The notes under the pieces were generated by a model that made no database searches, had not been told where the DNA came from, and saw only the letters and a list, made by a program, of their open reading frames with translations. A stretch of 44,204 nt of DNA. Source: a virus. Taxonomy: Duplodnaviria; Caudoviricetes. The stretch is from positions 1-44,204 of the IMG/VR virus record IMGVR_UViG_3300035235_000230, one strand, 5' to 3'. The translations under genes and the position numbers were made by a program. Positions 20,695 through 28,571 of this stretch are shown one piece after another (position 1 is the first letter of the stretch; every line of letters starts with the position of its first letter).

Positions 20695-21390
20695 CGCGTC
20701 GCGCCGTACTACGGCGCTTCGCTGCGCTCGGCATCGCTCGGCATATCGCCTTCACGCGTCGCCCCGCAATTCAACTCAAGGATTTGTTATGTACAACGCT
20801 ACGGACGCCGCAACTTGGCTCAGGGCACCTCAACGACTCGCAACGCGACTTCGCGTATTGCGACGCGCCGCAACTCAACTCAACGATTTGTTTGTTACTT
20901 TGCTCCGCACCGCCCCGCATCGCGGCGCTCCTCTCCGCTGTTCAACGCAATGCAACGCAACGATTTGTTTATTTCTTTTCGCGCCTCAACTCGCAGCGAC
21001 TTGGCTCGCCGCGTCGCGGCACCCCGCAATGCAACGATTTGTTTGTTACAACGCCTCTCCACGCGGCTCGGCTTCTCACAGGGCACCACGGCTCCCCGCC
21101 GCGCACCTCGCATCAACTCAACTCAACGATTTGTTTATTACGTCGTATCGCCCCGCGACACAGCTTTCCGCAACTCTACGCTTCTTTCGGCGGCGCTTCG
21201 CAACGCAACGATTTGTTTGTCAATTTATCGCCGCTCCTCCCCGCGTATCGGCTCACCGTAGCACTCCTCTACGCTACTCAACGATTTGTTTGTCAATTTA
21301 TTCCTTGCAACTCAGCGCCGCACAACGAAACGCAACAAACCGCGGCATGACGTATCGCCCCGCATATCAACGCAACGAACTGAAACTTAA
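20695..21390 (+). ncRNA. Putative guide-RNA array: 8 units of (CGC/CTC-NN)n pentamers separated by a constant CAACGATTTGTT linker
   Basis: Linkers start at 20777 (variant CAAGGATTTGTT), 20881, 20958, 21032, 21124, 21206 and 21279. Units keep a 5-nt register, e.g. 20901 TGCTC CGCAC CGCCC CGCAT CGCGG CGCTC CTCTC CGCTG TTCAA CGCAA TGCAA CGCAA. The repeat structure is directly visible; RNA function is inferred. Confidence 0.8.
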
Positions 21391-21403
21391 CTAGGAAAAA
21401 CAA

Positions 21404-21808
21404 ATGTTCAAACGTTCAAAAATAACTTTGGATATGTGCGACTTGTTCCGTAATGCAAACGGACACCTAAGCTACGACACAATCCAAACCCACTTTGGCA
21501 AAACTATAAATGAACTGCGCCCAACAATCCTCGCAGCCAGAAAATATCTTGAAAGAGACGAAAGCGTCGTCTTCGAAAACGTCAGAGGCGAAGGTTACAA
21601 ACGCCTCGACGATAGCGGAAAAGTGGACAGCCTTAAAACGTTCACACGACGCATCCGACGGACCGCCAATAATGGCCAACTCAGGTCACAAACCGTCGAA
21701 AAACGTGAGGAACTGTCCAACGATGACAGACTACGCCTCACGATCCGCGAAACGGCACTCTATGCTATCCAAACGCAACTCCAAGAAATCAACGATAAGG
21801 ACAGGTGA
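21404..21808 (+). CDS. Winged-helix-like protein directly after the array
   Basis: AGGA RBS at the array end. Helices followed by wing-like VFENVRGEGYKRL and a basic helical C-terminus. Confidence 0.65.
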   Translation: MFKRSKITLDMCDLFRNANGHLSYDTIQTHFGKTINELRPTILAARKYLERDESVVFENVRGEGYKRLDDSGKVDSLKTFTRRIRRTANNGQLRSQTVEKREELSNDDRLRLTIRETALYAIQTQLQEINDKDR

Positions 21809-22023
21809 TGAGCCACAAATATAAAATCTGCGCCTTCTATGTTATTAAACAATTAGAAGACATTAAAAAATCCAGCAATCCCGACATATTATTGCGGGAC
21901 TTTCTCAACCAATGCATCTACAATGTAGGTATTGATAGCATCGCAACGTGGAACGAGGAAAAACCACCAGAACCAAATCTGGTCGTCAAAAGAAAGAGAG
22001 GAAGGCCCAAAAAAGATGGGTGA
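21805..22023 (+). CDS. Small protein with C-terminal AT-hook
   Basis: KRKRGRPKK motif; overlaps the upstream stop. Confidence 0.6.
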   Translation: MMSHKYKICAFYVIKQLEDIKKSSNPDILLRDFLNQCIYNVGIDSIATWNEEKPPEPNLVVKRKRGRPKKDG

Positions 22024-22204
22024 CGAAAACCTTTCAATGTTCCAGTCAGCGCGCCTGCGCTGGCTGAAACGTCAAGTGGATAACCTGCAAGACCTGCGGT
22101 ACACGCGACACGCGCCAAAAGATCTGGAAATACAACTATTCTCCGCTCGCGAAGAACTAGACAACTTCGTAAACGAACTCAGGCAAACCAATGTTCAAAT
22201 CTAA
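22016..22204 (+). CDS. Hypothetical coiled-coil protein (62 aa)
   Basis: ATG 22016 overlaps the upstream gene end; MGDENLSMFQSARLRWLKRQV... Confidence 0.55.
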   Translation: MGDENLSMFQSARLRWLKRQVDNLQDLRYTRHAPKDLEIQLFSAREELDNFVNELRQTNVQI

Positions 22205-22487
22205 ACCAAAACCAGACGATATCGACTGGTCAACCGCATCCGACGATCCACGGCTCGCGGACCTCGCTAAAAAGATAGTCCTATACTTGAGTATAGGACT
22301 TGGCGCATAAGTATAGGAGTGACGTAACGTCATTATCCGTTAGTATGTATGGGATTTAACCCATATCCATGCTACTATAGTGTATGGGCAAAGTGCGCCC
22401 GACGCTATTTGACAATTGAATACCTCAACCCGACTAGGGCCAACGCCCGATCATGTCAGACACAATCTTTTGATGAGGTAAATCAAA

Positions 22488-23189
22488 ATGAAAATCAAAC
22501 CTGTTACTCATATCAGTACAGATCGAAATCGCTATTGCGGCCCCGCCGTGATCAGCGCAGTCACGGGCATGAACAGCGGAGAAGCCGCAAGGCTCATCCG
22601 TTCAGTCAGCGGACAACGAGCCGTAAGAGGAGCCTTTACCGCACACGTGCGACGGGCCATGAAAATCTGCGGAATACAAAGCATCTATCGAAGCTGCACT
22701 CCAAAGATCACGCTCGCCGCTTGGCTGAAAGAAAGCAAAGGTTTGCGGACCACGGGCCGCGTGTTTCTGGTTGTCGCAGGCCATCACTTCCAACTGATCG
22801 AAGGTAGACGGTACGTCTGCGGGCGCACACGAGACCTCGTGAGCATCAAAGACAAACAGGTCAAACGCAGAGCACGTGTCGAAGAAGTCTACGAACTGGT
22901 GGCCGACGGCAAGATCACAATACCCGATCAAGCCCGCAAACCAAAACAACCCGCAAATCAATACCGCAGCTACATTGACAAGATGAAGCGAAAGTATGGC
23001 TTCACAGTCGAATACGAGAGATACACCCAAGTCTACTGGGCCCACATGCCTCAGTTCGCAGAAGACCTAGCGTGGGACACGGGCCACCATCTCAGAGATG
23101 AGCATGGTTGCTACAGTCAAGGAGAAGTAGCAGACCGCTTCGAAGCAATGGCAGAGTTCATGGAAGAACACTGCATGGAGGACGCATAA
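22488..23189 (+). CDS. Hypothetical protein with C39/papain-like Cys-His N-terminal domain
   Basis: YCGPAVISAV and FLVVAGHHF. GAGG RBS. Confidence 0.55.
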   Translation: MKIKPVTHISTDRNRYCGPAVISAVTGMNSGEAARLIRSVSGQRAVRGAFTAHVRRAMKICGIQSIYRSCTPKITLAAWLKESKGLRTTGRVFLVVAGHHFQLIEGRRYVCGRTRDLVSIKDKQVKRRARVEEVYELVADGKITIPDQARKPKQPANQYRSYIDKMKRKYGFTVEYERYTQVYWAHMPQFAEDLAWDTGHHLRDEHGCYSQGEVADRFEAMAEFMEEHCMEDA

Positions 23190-23401
23190 TGATCAGACTG
23201 TATCAAATGCAACGAATAACGTTTCCAACTCCTAGAAAATGCCCCTACTGCGGTACACCCGCAGTAAAGGGCAAAGGAGAAGGCGGTAGGGATATAGACC
23301 CTGATCGTTACGGCCATCGTTATGGTTACTTCTGCACTCTTCGGTGCGGCACTAATTATGCAAATTATGTGTGGTTTCGGGAAGGAATTAAAAATTCATA
23401 A
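23189..23401 (+). CDS. Small zinc-finger protein (70 aa)
   Basis: CPYC...FCTLRC; TAATG coupling to the upstream gene. Confidence 0.6.
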   Translation: MIRLYQMQRITFPTPRKCPYCGTPAVKGKGEGGRDIDPDRYGHRYGYFCTLRCGTNYANYVWFREGIKNS

Positions 23402-23404
23402 ATT

Positions 23405-23430
23405 AAAGCCCGCTAATCGCGGGCTTTTTT
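23405..23430 (+). terminator. Intrinsic terminator
   Basis: AAAGCCCGC-TAATC-GCGGGCTTTTTT. Confidence 0.8.
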
Positions 23431-23489
23431 ATTGTCTTGACCGTACTCCCATAATATCCCATACTGGGCTTCTTTATGAGGAGATCAAA

Positions 23490-24005
23490 ATGCCATATCT
23501 ATACGAAAATCCCATCCTTAACATCGGCGTCTATTACGATAAAGAATGCATGGACGACGATCCGTCGATACATCCCTTCGATAACGGTATCGCAGAATAT
23601 ACCGCATCAACCATCCGTGATCACTTCTGTACCGCAGAAAAGACCGCCGCAATGTTTGGACGACGCCGAAATTTGAAAATGTGCGTCAAGGTAAAAGTGC
23701 CGTACAATGAAGAGAAGTTCAAAGAAAATCCGCATAACGTTGCTAAATTTGGAGGATACTACTTGGTTTGGCGGGATTTAATTAATTACAACGATGTTAC
23801 AGACCATCCCGAAGAACCTCCCCAGTGGCCCCAGAAGAAATGGCGGGTTGTAGTTGAGCAGCGCAACGTGTTCTACGAAGAAGCCGACACAGAACACGAA
23901 GCACGGAACATCGTTGCAGAAGATCGCATTTGGGGGCCAGAACACGGTATCGGCGGAGAAGATACCTACGATTTTGAAATTACTGTGGAGGAGGATGACC
24001 AATGA
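23490..24005 (+). CDS. Hypothetical protein
   Basis: Start placed at ATG 23490 after GAGGAG and a TTGACC promoter at 23437. Confidence 0.6.
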   Translation: MPYLYENPILNIGVYYDKECMDDDPSIHPFDNGIAEYTASTIRDHFCTAEKTAAMFGRRRNLKMCVKVKVPYNEEKFKENPHNVAKFGGYYLVWRDLINYNDVTDHPEEPPQWPQKKWRVVVEQRNVFYEEADTEHEARNIVAEDRIWGPEHGIGGEDTYDFEITVEEDDQ

Positions 24006-24196
24006 AAATCGAAATGACAAAAAAAGAAATATCCCTTATTCAAGAAATGATAGATGACGCAAAAGACAGGGCACGGGATCGTATAAACGAATGCTACGAT
24101 GATGAAGACTTCGCAATCTACTGCCAATATTTTTCCGACGTCCACGACTTCGAAACAAAAATAGTAGAGTTAATTAAAAATGATCAAAAAACATGA
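24002..24196 (+). CDS. Hypothetical acidic protein (64 aa)
   Basis: GGAGGA RBS and ATGA overlap. Confidence 0.6.
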   Translation: MKIEMTKKEISLIQEMIDDAKDRARDRINECYDDEDFAIYCQYFSDVHDFETKIVELIKNDQKT

Positions 24197-24272
24197 GGAC
24201 AAAATTATCGGAGCGCTGATCACGGCCCTCGTGATCGGTTGGATAACAGGAGCAAGCTTTAATGTTTGGTAA
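24180..24272 (+). CDS. Possible 30-aa membrane peptide
   Basis: MIKKHEDKIIGALITALVIGWITGASFNVW, one hydrophobic helix. Confidence 0.35.
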   Translation: MIKKHEDKIIGALITALVIGWITGASFNVW

Positions 24273-24274
24273 CT

Positions 24275-24440
24275 CTTTCTATATATACAGCCAGAAAAAT
24301 AAAAAAAATAAATTTTGCGTTTAAGGGTGTTACCCGTGTTACGGTGTTACCTTTGTATCTATGTATATAATAAGAAAGGGTTTTTCGGTAACTTTTTTGG
24401 GTAACACCTCTGTTTTGAAGGTGTTACCTTATATACCTTC
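24275..24440. repeat. AT-rich intergenic region with GTGTTAC/GTAAC iteron-like repeats; candidate replication origin
   Basis: GTGTTAC at 24327, 24336, 24344 and 24421, inverted GGTAAC at 24387 and 24400, flanked by A and T tracts. Confidence 0.55.
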
Positions 24441-24525
24441 TTAGAATGTCTTATAAACTCTTACGCTAGATTTAGTAGTTCAGCCTTGTTATGACACAAT
24501 TATAGCAAAATAAACGAGGCTAAAA

Positions 24526-25173
24526 ATGGCAAAAACACCCCCAATTCCGAAGGGTTTGGTGTTACGGGTGAAGAAAAAACCCACCGGAAAGCGTTGGACC
24601 AAACAAAATCCGGATGAATTGAGAGGCCGCAAGAGATTGCATGAACAATCGCCTCTGACCCGTATGCAAGAGAAGTTTGTAAAAGAACTGGTTTCCAACG
24701 ATGGAACCATCACAATGTCAGAAGCCGCAGAACGAGCGGGTTACACGAAAAAGTCCGCTCCTGTTCGTGCGTCTCAGATGACAAACCCCCATATCAGTCC
24801 ACATGTTTGCGCAGCGATTAAAAAATATCGTGACGAGTTAGATGAGAAGTTTGGCATCACTTATCAAAGACACGTGCGAGACTTACAGCGCATTCGTGAT
24901 TTAGCCATTGAAAACGGCGCGTACAGTGCCGCAGTGCAGGCTGAATATAGGCGAGGTCAGGCGCAGGGCGATATCTATGTCAGCAAGTCTGAAATCCGTC
25001 ACGGCAGCATTGATAGTATGAGCCGCGAAGACGTTCAAAAAGCTTTGGATGAATTGAAGCAAACATATGGCGCAATTGACATTACCCCAGACGAAGATGG
25101 AAGCGGGGCTGTATCAGCAATTGAAGGCAGCTACGAAGAGATCGAAGCGGACACTGATTCTCACGCGGATTGA
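24526..25173 (+). CDS. terS: Terminase small subunit
   Basis: LTRMQEKFVKELV...SEAAERAGYTKKSAPVRASQM is a TerS-type HTH; acidic tail. Confidence 0.75.
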   Translation: MAKTPPIPKGLVLRVKKKPTGKRWTKQNPDELRGRKRLHEQSPLTRMQEKFVKELVSNDGTITMSEAAERAGYTKKSAPVRASQMTNPHISPHVCAAIKKYRDELDEKFGITYQRHVRDLQRIRDLAIENGAYSAAVQAEYRRGQAQGDIYVSKSEIRHGSIDSMSREDVQKALDELKQTYGAIDITPDEDGSGAVSAIEGSYEEIEADTDSHAD

Positions 25174-25495
25174 AAATTGGGCAAGCCAAGGCATCCCTGA
25201 CCTGCTCATATGTGATGAGCTAGGAAAGTTTCACTTTGTTGAATTAAAGTTTTGTAAGGCTAACGCGGTCAATCTTAGCCCGCATCAGGTTGCATGGCAT
25301 ATCCGTCATAAGAACTCATCATGTTGGACTCTGATCAAAAAACAAAACAAGCCCGATAGCGCCCCATTTCTTTTTCTTTATCATGCGGATCAAGCAATGG
25401 ATCTAAAGGCGGACGGTTTAAAAACTGAGCCGCGATTAGCGCACGAAAAGAAATTCCTATGGGATGAGGTTTTCGACTTGATATGTCCTATTTAA
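25067..25495 (+). CDS. PD-(D/E)XK nuclease (VRR-NUC / Holliday junction resolvase-like)
   Basis: GIPDLLIC...FVELK...LSPHQVAW. The start could also be ATG 25097. Confidence 0.8.
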   Translation: MAQLTLPQTKMEAGLYQQLKAATKRSKRTLILTRIENWASQGIPDLLICDELGKFHFVELKFCKANAVNLSPHQVAWHIRHKNSSCWTLIKKQNKPDSAPFLFLYHADQAMDLKADGLKTEPRLAHEKKFLWDEVFDLICPI

Positions 25496-25530
25496 TCGCA
25501 TATTCTCTCATCACCAGAAAGTGAGGTAAT

Positions 25531-25803
25531 ATGAAATATAAAGATATAAACAGGTACATGTTCGAAGACATTCAGATGTGTATGGAAAAAATACACGCTT
25601 TTGACAGGCTAATGACGGATCCGGATTTAGATAGTTTTTGGGATAAGGTGCCGCGCAATGAGCCCGTCGGACATCAGAAAATTGTTTGCGCCGCGTTAGA
25701 GGAAGCGTTTAGTGCTTTGAACCGTGCGCAGCTAAATTGGTTAGCCGCTTCAAAGTATAACAATGCCGCGATAGACCCGTTGCCTAATCGCGAGGCGGTG
25801 TAA
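25531..25803 (+). CDS. Hypothetical protein (90 aa)
   Basis: GAGGT RBS and an upstream promoter-like element. Confidence 0.6.
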   Translation: MKYKDINRYMFEDIQMCMEKIHAFDRLMTDPDLDSFWDKVPRNEPVGHQKIVCAALEEAFSALNRAQLNWLAASKYNNAAIDPLPNREAV

Positions 25804-25982
25804 TGGGATTGCATAGTGAACATTGCGCGGGTTGCGGCGTTGGCGTTACTGGTTTTTATTGGCCCGATGTAAATTGGGATTTATGTGTGGAATGTTATAA
25901 AATGACAAAAGAAACGGAAGCGGAAAGCCAAGCGGATTATGACGCCGAAGAAAAAGCGAGGGGGTCATATGTTTCTGCTTAA
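25803..25982 (+). CDS. Small CxxC...CxxC protein (59 aa); absent from the ORF track
   Basis: MGLHSEHCAGCG...DLCVECYK; TAATG coupling and GAGG RBS. Confidence 0.5.
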   Translation: MGLHSEHCAGCGVGVTGFYWPDVNWDLCVECYKMTKETEAESQADYDAEEKARGSYVSA

Positions 25983-26098
25983 TTGGATTGGCCGCTTATT
26001 ATATGGTCCGGATTTTGATGACCTAAGCCGTCGCGCAAACAAGCCACGCCGTCGCAGAAAATGAAAATAAATTGTGACCGTAAATATCAATAAAGTTT

Positions 26099-26126
26099 AA
26101 CCCGCTTGCATGGCGGGTTTTCTTTT
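26099..26126 (+). terminator. Intrinsic terminator
   Basis: AACCCGC-TTGCATG-GCGGGTTTTCTTTT. Confidence 0.7.
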
Positions 26127-26164
26127 GCTATTGATATGGGATAAATCTTATATGAGGTAAGAAT

Positions 26165-26896
26165 ATGCTTAGAACTGTAGAGATATCACGGGCAAAGAAA
26201 ACTAAAGGAATAGCCGTTACATATAGAGCGGGCAATGGCGAGAAATTTGGAACATGCCCGCCGTCGTGCGCTTTAAACGATAGCGGCAAGGGCGCATCCG
26301 AAATAGATTGGCACTATTTTGACGCATTGCTTAACGCTGTACCTCGCAAGGGGGTTTCTTTCACTTATTCGCATTTCCCGTGGGTTGCTTGGTTTCGCAA
26401 ACTTAAACGCGATAAAACTGTTATCAATTACTCCGCGGACAATTTATTGGACGCGGCAATTGCGGCGCCCGCGGTTCCTACGGTAACCGTTGTTAATGAG
26501 GCGAAATGGCAGGGTAAAAAATCGTTCTCTATTGATTTGCAAATTGAATATGCGCGGGATGATGTCCCAAACGAAAAACACGCCGTTGTGAGATGCCCCG
26601 CAGAATATCGCGATATTTCTTGCGCTCAATGTGGAGACGGGGAACCGTTTTGCGCCCGTTTAAATCGTAAGTTTATTATTGGTTTTACGGCGCATGGTCC
26701 GAATAAACGCAAGGCCGCGGATGAAACCGCGCAGGGGGGTTGCTATGCCGCGCAAGGCAATTGCCGCATATGGTGGCAAGATACCGCAGAAAGTGAACAA
26801 AGCGAAACCGACGGGGAAAAGTTAACGCGCTTTGTTTCTGGCCTGCCTCCGCGTTCAATCGTTCGTCACCATGTTGCGGGGGATATCGGCAAATAA
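26165..26896 (+). CDS. Cys-rich Gp88-like / DUF7227-like phage protein (probably metal or Fe-S binding)
   Basis: TCPPSC, FTYSH, CPA...CAQC...C, IGFTAHG, GCYA and RHHVAGD motifs. Confidence 0.65.
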   Translation: MLRTVEISRAKKTKGIAVTYRAGNGEKFGTCPPSCALNDSGKGASEIDWHYFDALLNAVPRKGVSFTYSHFPWVAWFRKLKRDKTVINYSADNLLDAAIAAPAVPTVTVVNEAKWQGKKSFSIDLQIEYARDDVPNEKHAVVRCPAEYRDISCAQCGDGEPFCARLNRKFIIGFTAHGPNKRKAADETAQGGCYAAQGNCRIWWQDTAESEQSETDGEKLTRFVSGLPPRSIVRHHVAGDIGK

Positions 26897-26990
26897 ACTT
26901 TTAAAAAGTTTTATCTTGCCTAATATGGGAAAATATAAGAGAATACGGGGCGGGCGCAATCCTGCCCCGTTTTTTATGAGGAAAAGCAAA

Positions 26991-28100
26991 ATGCAAATTG
27001 AAAATCAAAAAGGTGACCTTTACGCTTTGATGGCCAAAGTTAAAGAACAGCATGACAAGCAAGGCGATTTCGTGACCAGCACGGCGGAGTTACAAAAGAC
27101 AACCGACGCGGATGGAAACCCGCAAATCATTATTGAACAAAACGGAGGCGCACCAACTCGCATTTTAGACGTTAATGACCACGCGCACGGCCAAATAGCG
27201 GCGGCGGCTGAAATTGACACAAGAACAGCGCGGCGGTTGCAGGCCCGTTATCCGCAGGAATATGACGCCTTGATCAATGCGCGTTGGCAAAAAGAGCCCG
27301 TAAACCGTATGGTCCGGACATATTTGGAAGTAGAGGAGACACGCGGGCAAGCACGTGCTTTTGTTTCCGATAAGTTCAAAACTTTTGACAATTTAAACTT
27401 GCTTGAAGCAAGCTTGCCTCAATTGATGGAAAGTGATGCGCAATGGCAGGTTGTAAATGCTAACGTTACTGACAAGCGCTTAAACTTGCGCCTCAAAAGC
27501 TTGGTACAATTGGGGCAACCCGCCGTTGGCGATAAAATGGCCAATGGCATCGGCTTGTCGAATAGTGAAGTTGGCGCGGGCGCAGTTACCGTTTATCAAA
27601 CTATTTGGACGCTTGCTTGTTTGAACGGTATGCAAACTGAAAACCGCAACCGCTCGAGCCACATAACCAGCGCGCGGGATAGCGACGATTATGGATTGCT
27701 TTCCAATGAGGCGAAAAACGCGGACAATTTGGCGCTTGAATTAAAATTGCGCGATTTAACGGGCGCATATGCGAGCCGTGATACGTTCGATAAAGTGCTT
27801 GATCAAATGAACGCCGCGCATGGTGATATCATTGAAGGCGAGTTTTCCGAAATTCCAGAACGCATTAGCACCGTTTTGAAATTGACGAAAAAAGAAAATA
27901 CTGACGTTCTAAATGGTTTGATGGCCACGATTGGCCAAAGCGGTTACGAGCATGGCAAGCCATTGACACGCGCAACGCTGGTCAATGCGGTTACGGCGGT
28001 TGCAAATAAATGTGATGCGGACGACGTCGACACGTGGCAACAGCGGGGCGGCAAGCTTTTAAATTTATCTACCCGCGATTGGCAACGCATTGCCGCATAA
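26991..28100 (+). CDS. DUF932/DUF945-family protein
   Basis: RAFVSDKFKTFDN and NSEVGAGA...LACLNGM. Start at ATG 26991 after GAGGA. Confidence 0.75.
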   Translation: MQIENQKGDLYALMAKVKEQHDKQGDFVTSTAELQKTTDADGNPQIIIEQNGGAPTRILDVNDHAHGQIAAAAEIDTRTARRLQARYPQEYDALINARWQKEPVNRMVRTYLEVEETRGQARAFVSDKFKTFDNLNLLEASLPQLMESDAQWQVVNANVTDKRLNLRLKSLVQLGQPAVGDKMANGIGLSNSEVGAGAVTVYQTIWTLACLNGMQTENRNRSSHITSARDSDDYGLLSNEAKNADNLALELKLRDLTGAYASRDTFDKVLDQMNAAHGDIIEGEFSEIPERISTVLKLTKKENTDVLNGLMATIGQSGYEHGKPLTRATLVNAVTAVANKCDADDVDTWQQRGGKLLNLSTRDWQRIAA

Positions 28101-28211
28101 AACGGTTGCCAAGCGGCAACGGTTGTCACTTGGCATTTAATATTTACATATGCGCAAATACGCGTTTATATGAGGGCGGGCAATCCCGCCCTTTTTTTAT
28201 GAGGTAATAAA

Positions 28212-28568
28212 ATGAATAGTGAAAACGCAAACGCCCCCGCTTGGACAAGCGCCGCTAATGTGGCAGAACAAACCGTTGCGCAGCTGAAGGAAGAGAACGA
28301 ACGTTTGACGCAAGCGCTTTACAATTTGCAAAAGGACAAAGAACAATTGCGCGGCGGGCTGTTTAACTTGCTTGAACCGTCATTAGATCAATGGCTAAAA
28401 GACAGCGCTAATGATTTCTTTGAAACGCATTTTGACATTTCAAGCCACATTGACGACATTGCGGACGCGTTGCCCGAAAAAGAAATTAATATGGACGAAT
28501 ACGAAGACGAATTGCGCGACGCCGTGCGCGATATCATCAAATATGCAGAAATCAAAATTGAGGTTTAA
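28212..28568 (+). CDS. Hypothetical acidic coiled-coil protein
   Basis: GAGGT RBS, 118 aa. Confidence 0.65.
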   Translation: MNSENANAPAWTSAANVAEQTVAQLKEENERLTQALYNLQKDKEQLRGGLFNLLEPSLDQWLKDSANDFFETHFDISSHIDDIADALPEKEINMDEYEDELRDAVRDIIKYAEIKIEV

Positions 28569-28571
28569 ACC

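Noticed and set aside
20695-20960. Protein motifs read from NN strings as NNx codons (unit 3 sense S-T-P-I/M-G, like a terminase motif; unit 1 antisense W/C-A-I-E-I-D, like a C5 methyltransferase motif)
   Set aside because: Degenerate short readings in two orientations match motifs easily by chance, and I could not run a target search. I found no self-target by eye, but that check was not exhaustive.
20777-21300. Canonical CRISPR array
   Set aside because: The constant part is only about 12-16 nt, the intervening sequences are themselves periodic rather than foreign spacers, and no adaptation or processing cas genes are present.
20672-21394. Overlapping ORFs of 240, 188 and 148 aa in all three + frames, and a 73-aa ORF on the - strand, across the array
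   Set aside because: The translations are R/A/S low-complexity and the same peptide (QRFVC/NDLFV/TICL) appears in every frame. The 5-nt period is incompatible with codon structure, and the frames stay open because the pentamers rarely form stops.
22191-22310. Possible 39-aa ORF MFKSKPKPDD...
   Set aside because: Weak RBS, and its 3' part is the operator palindrome; not supportable as a gene.
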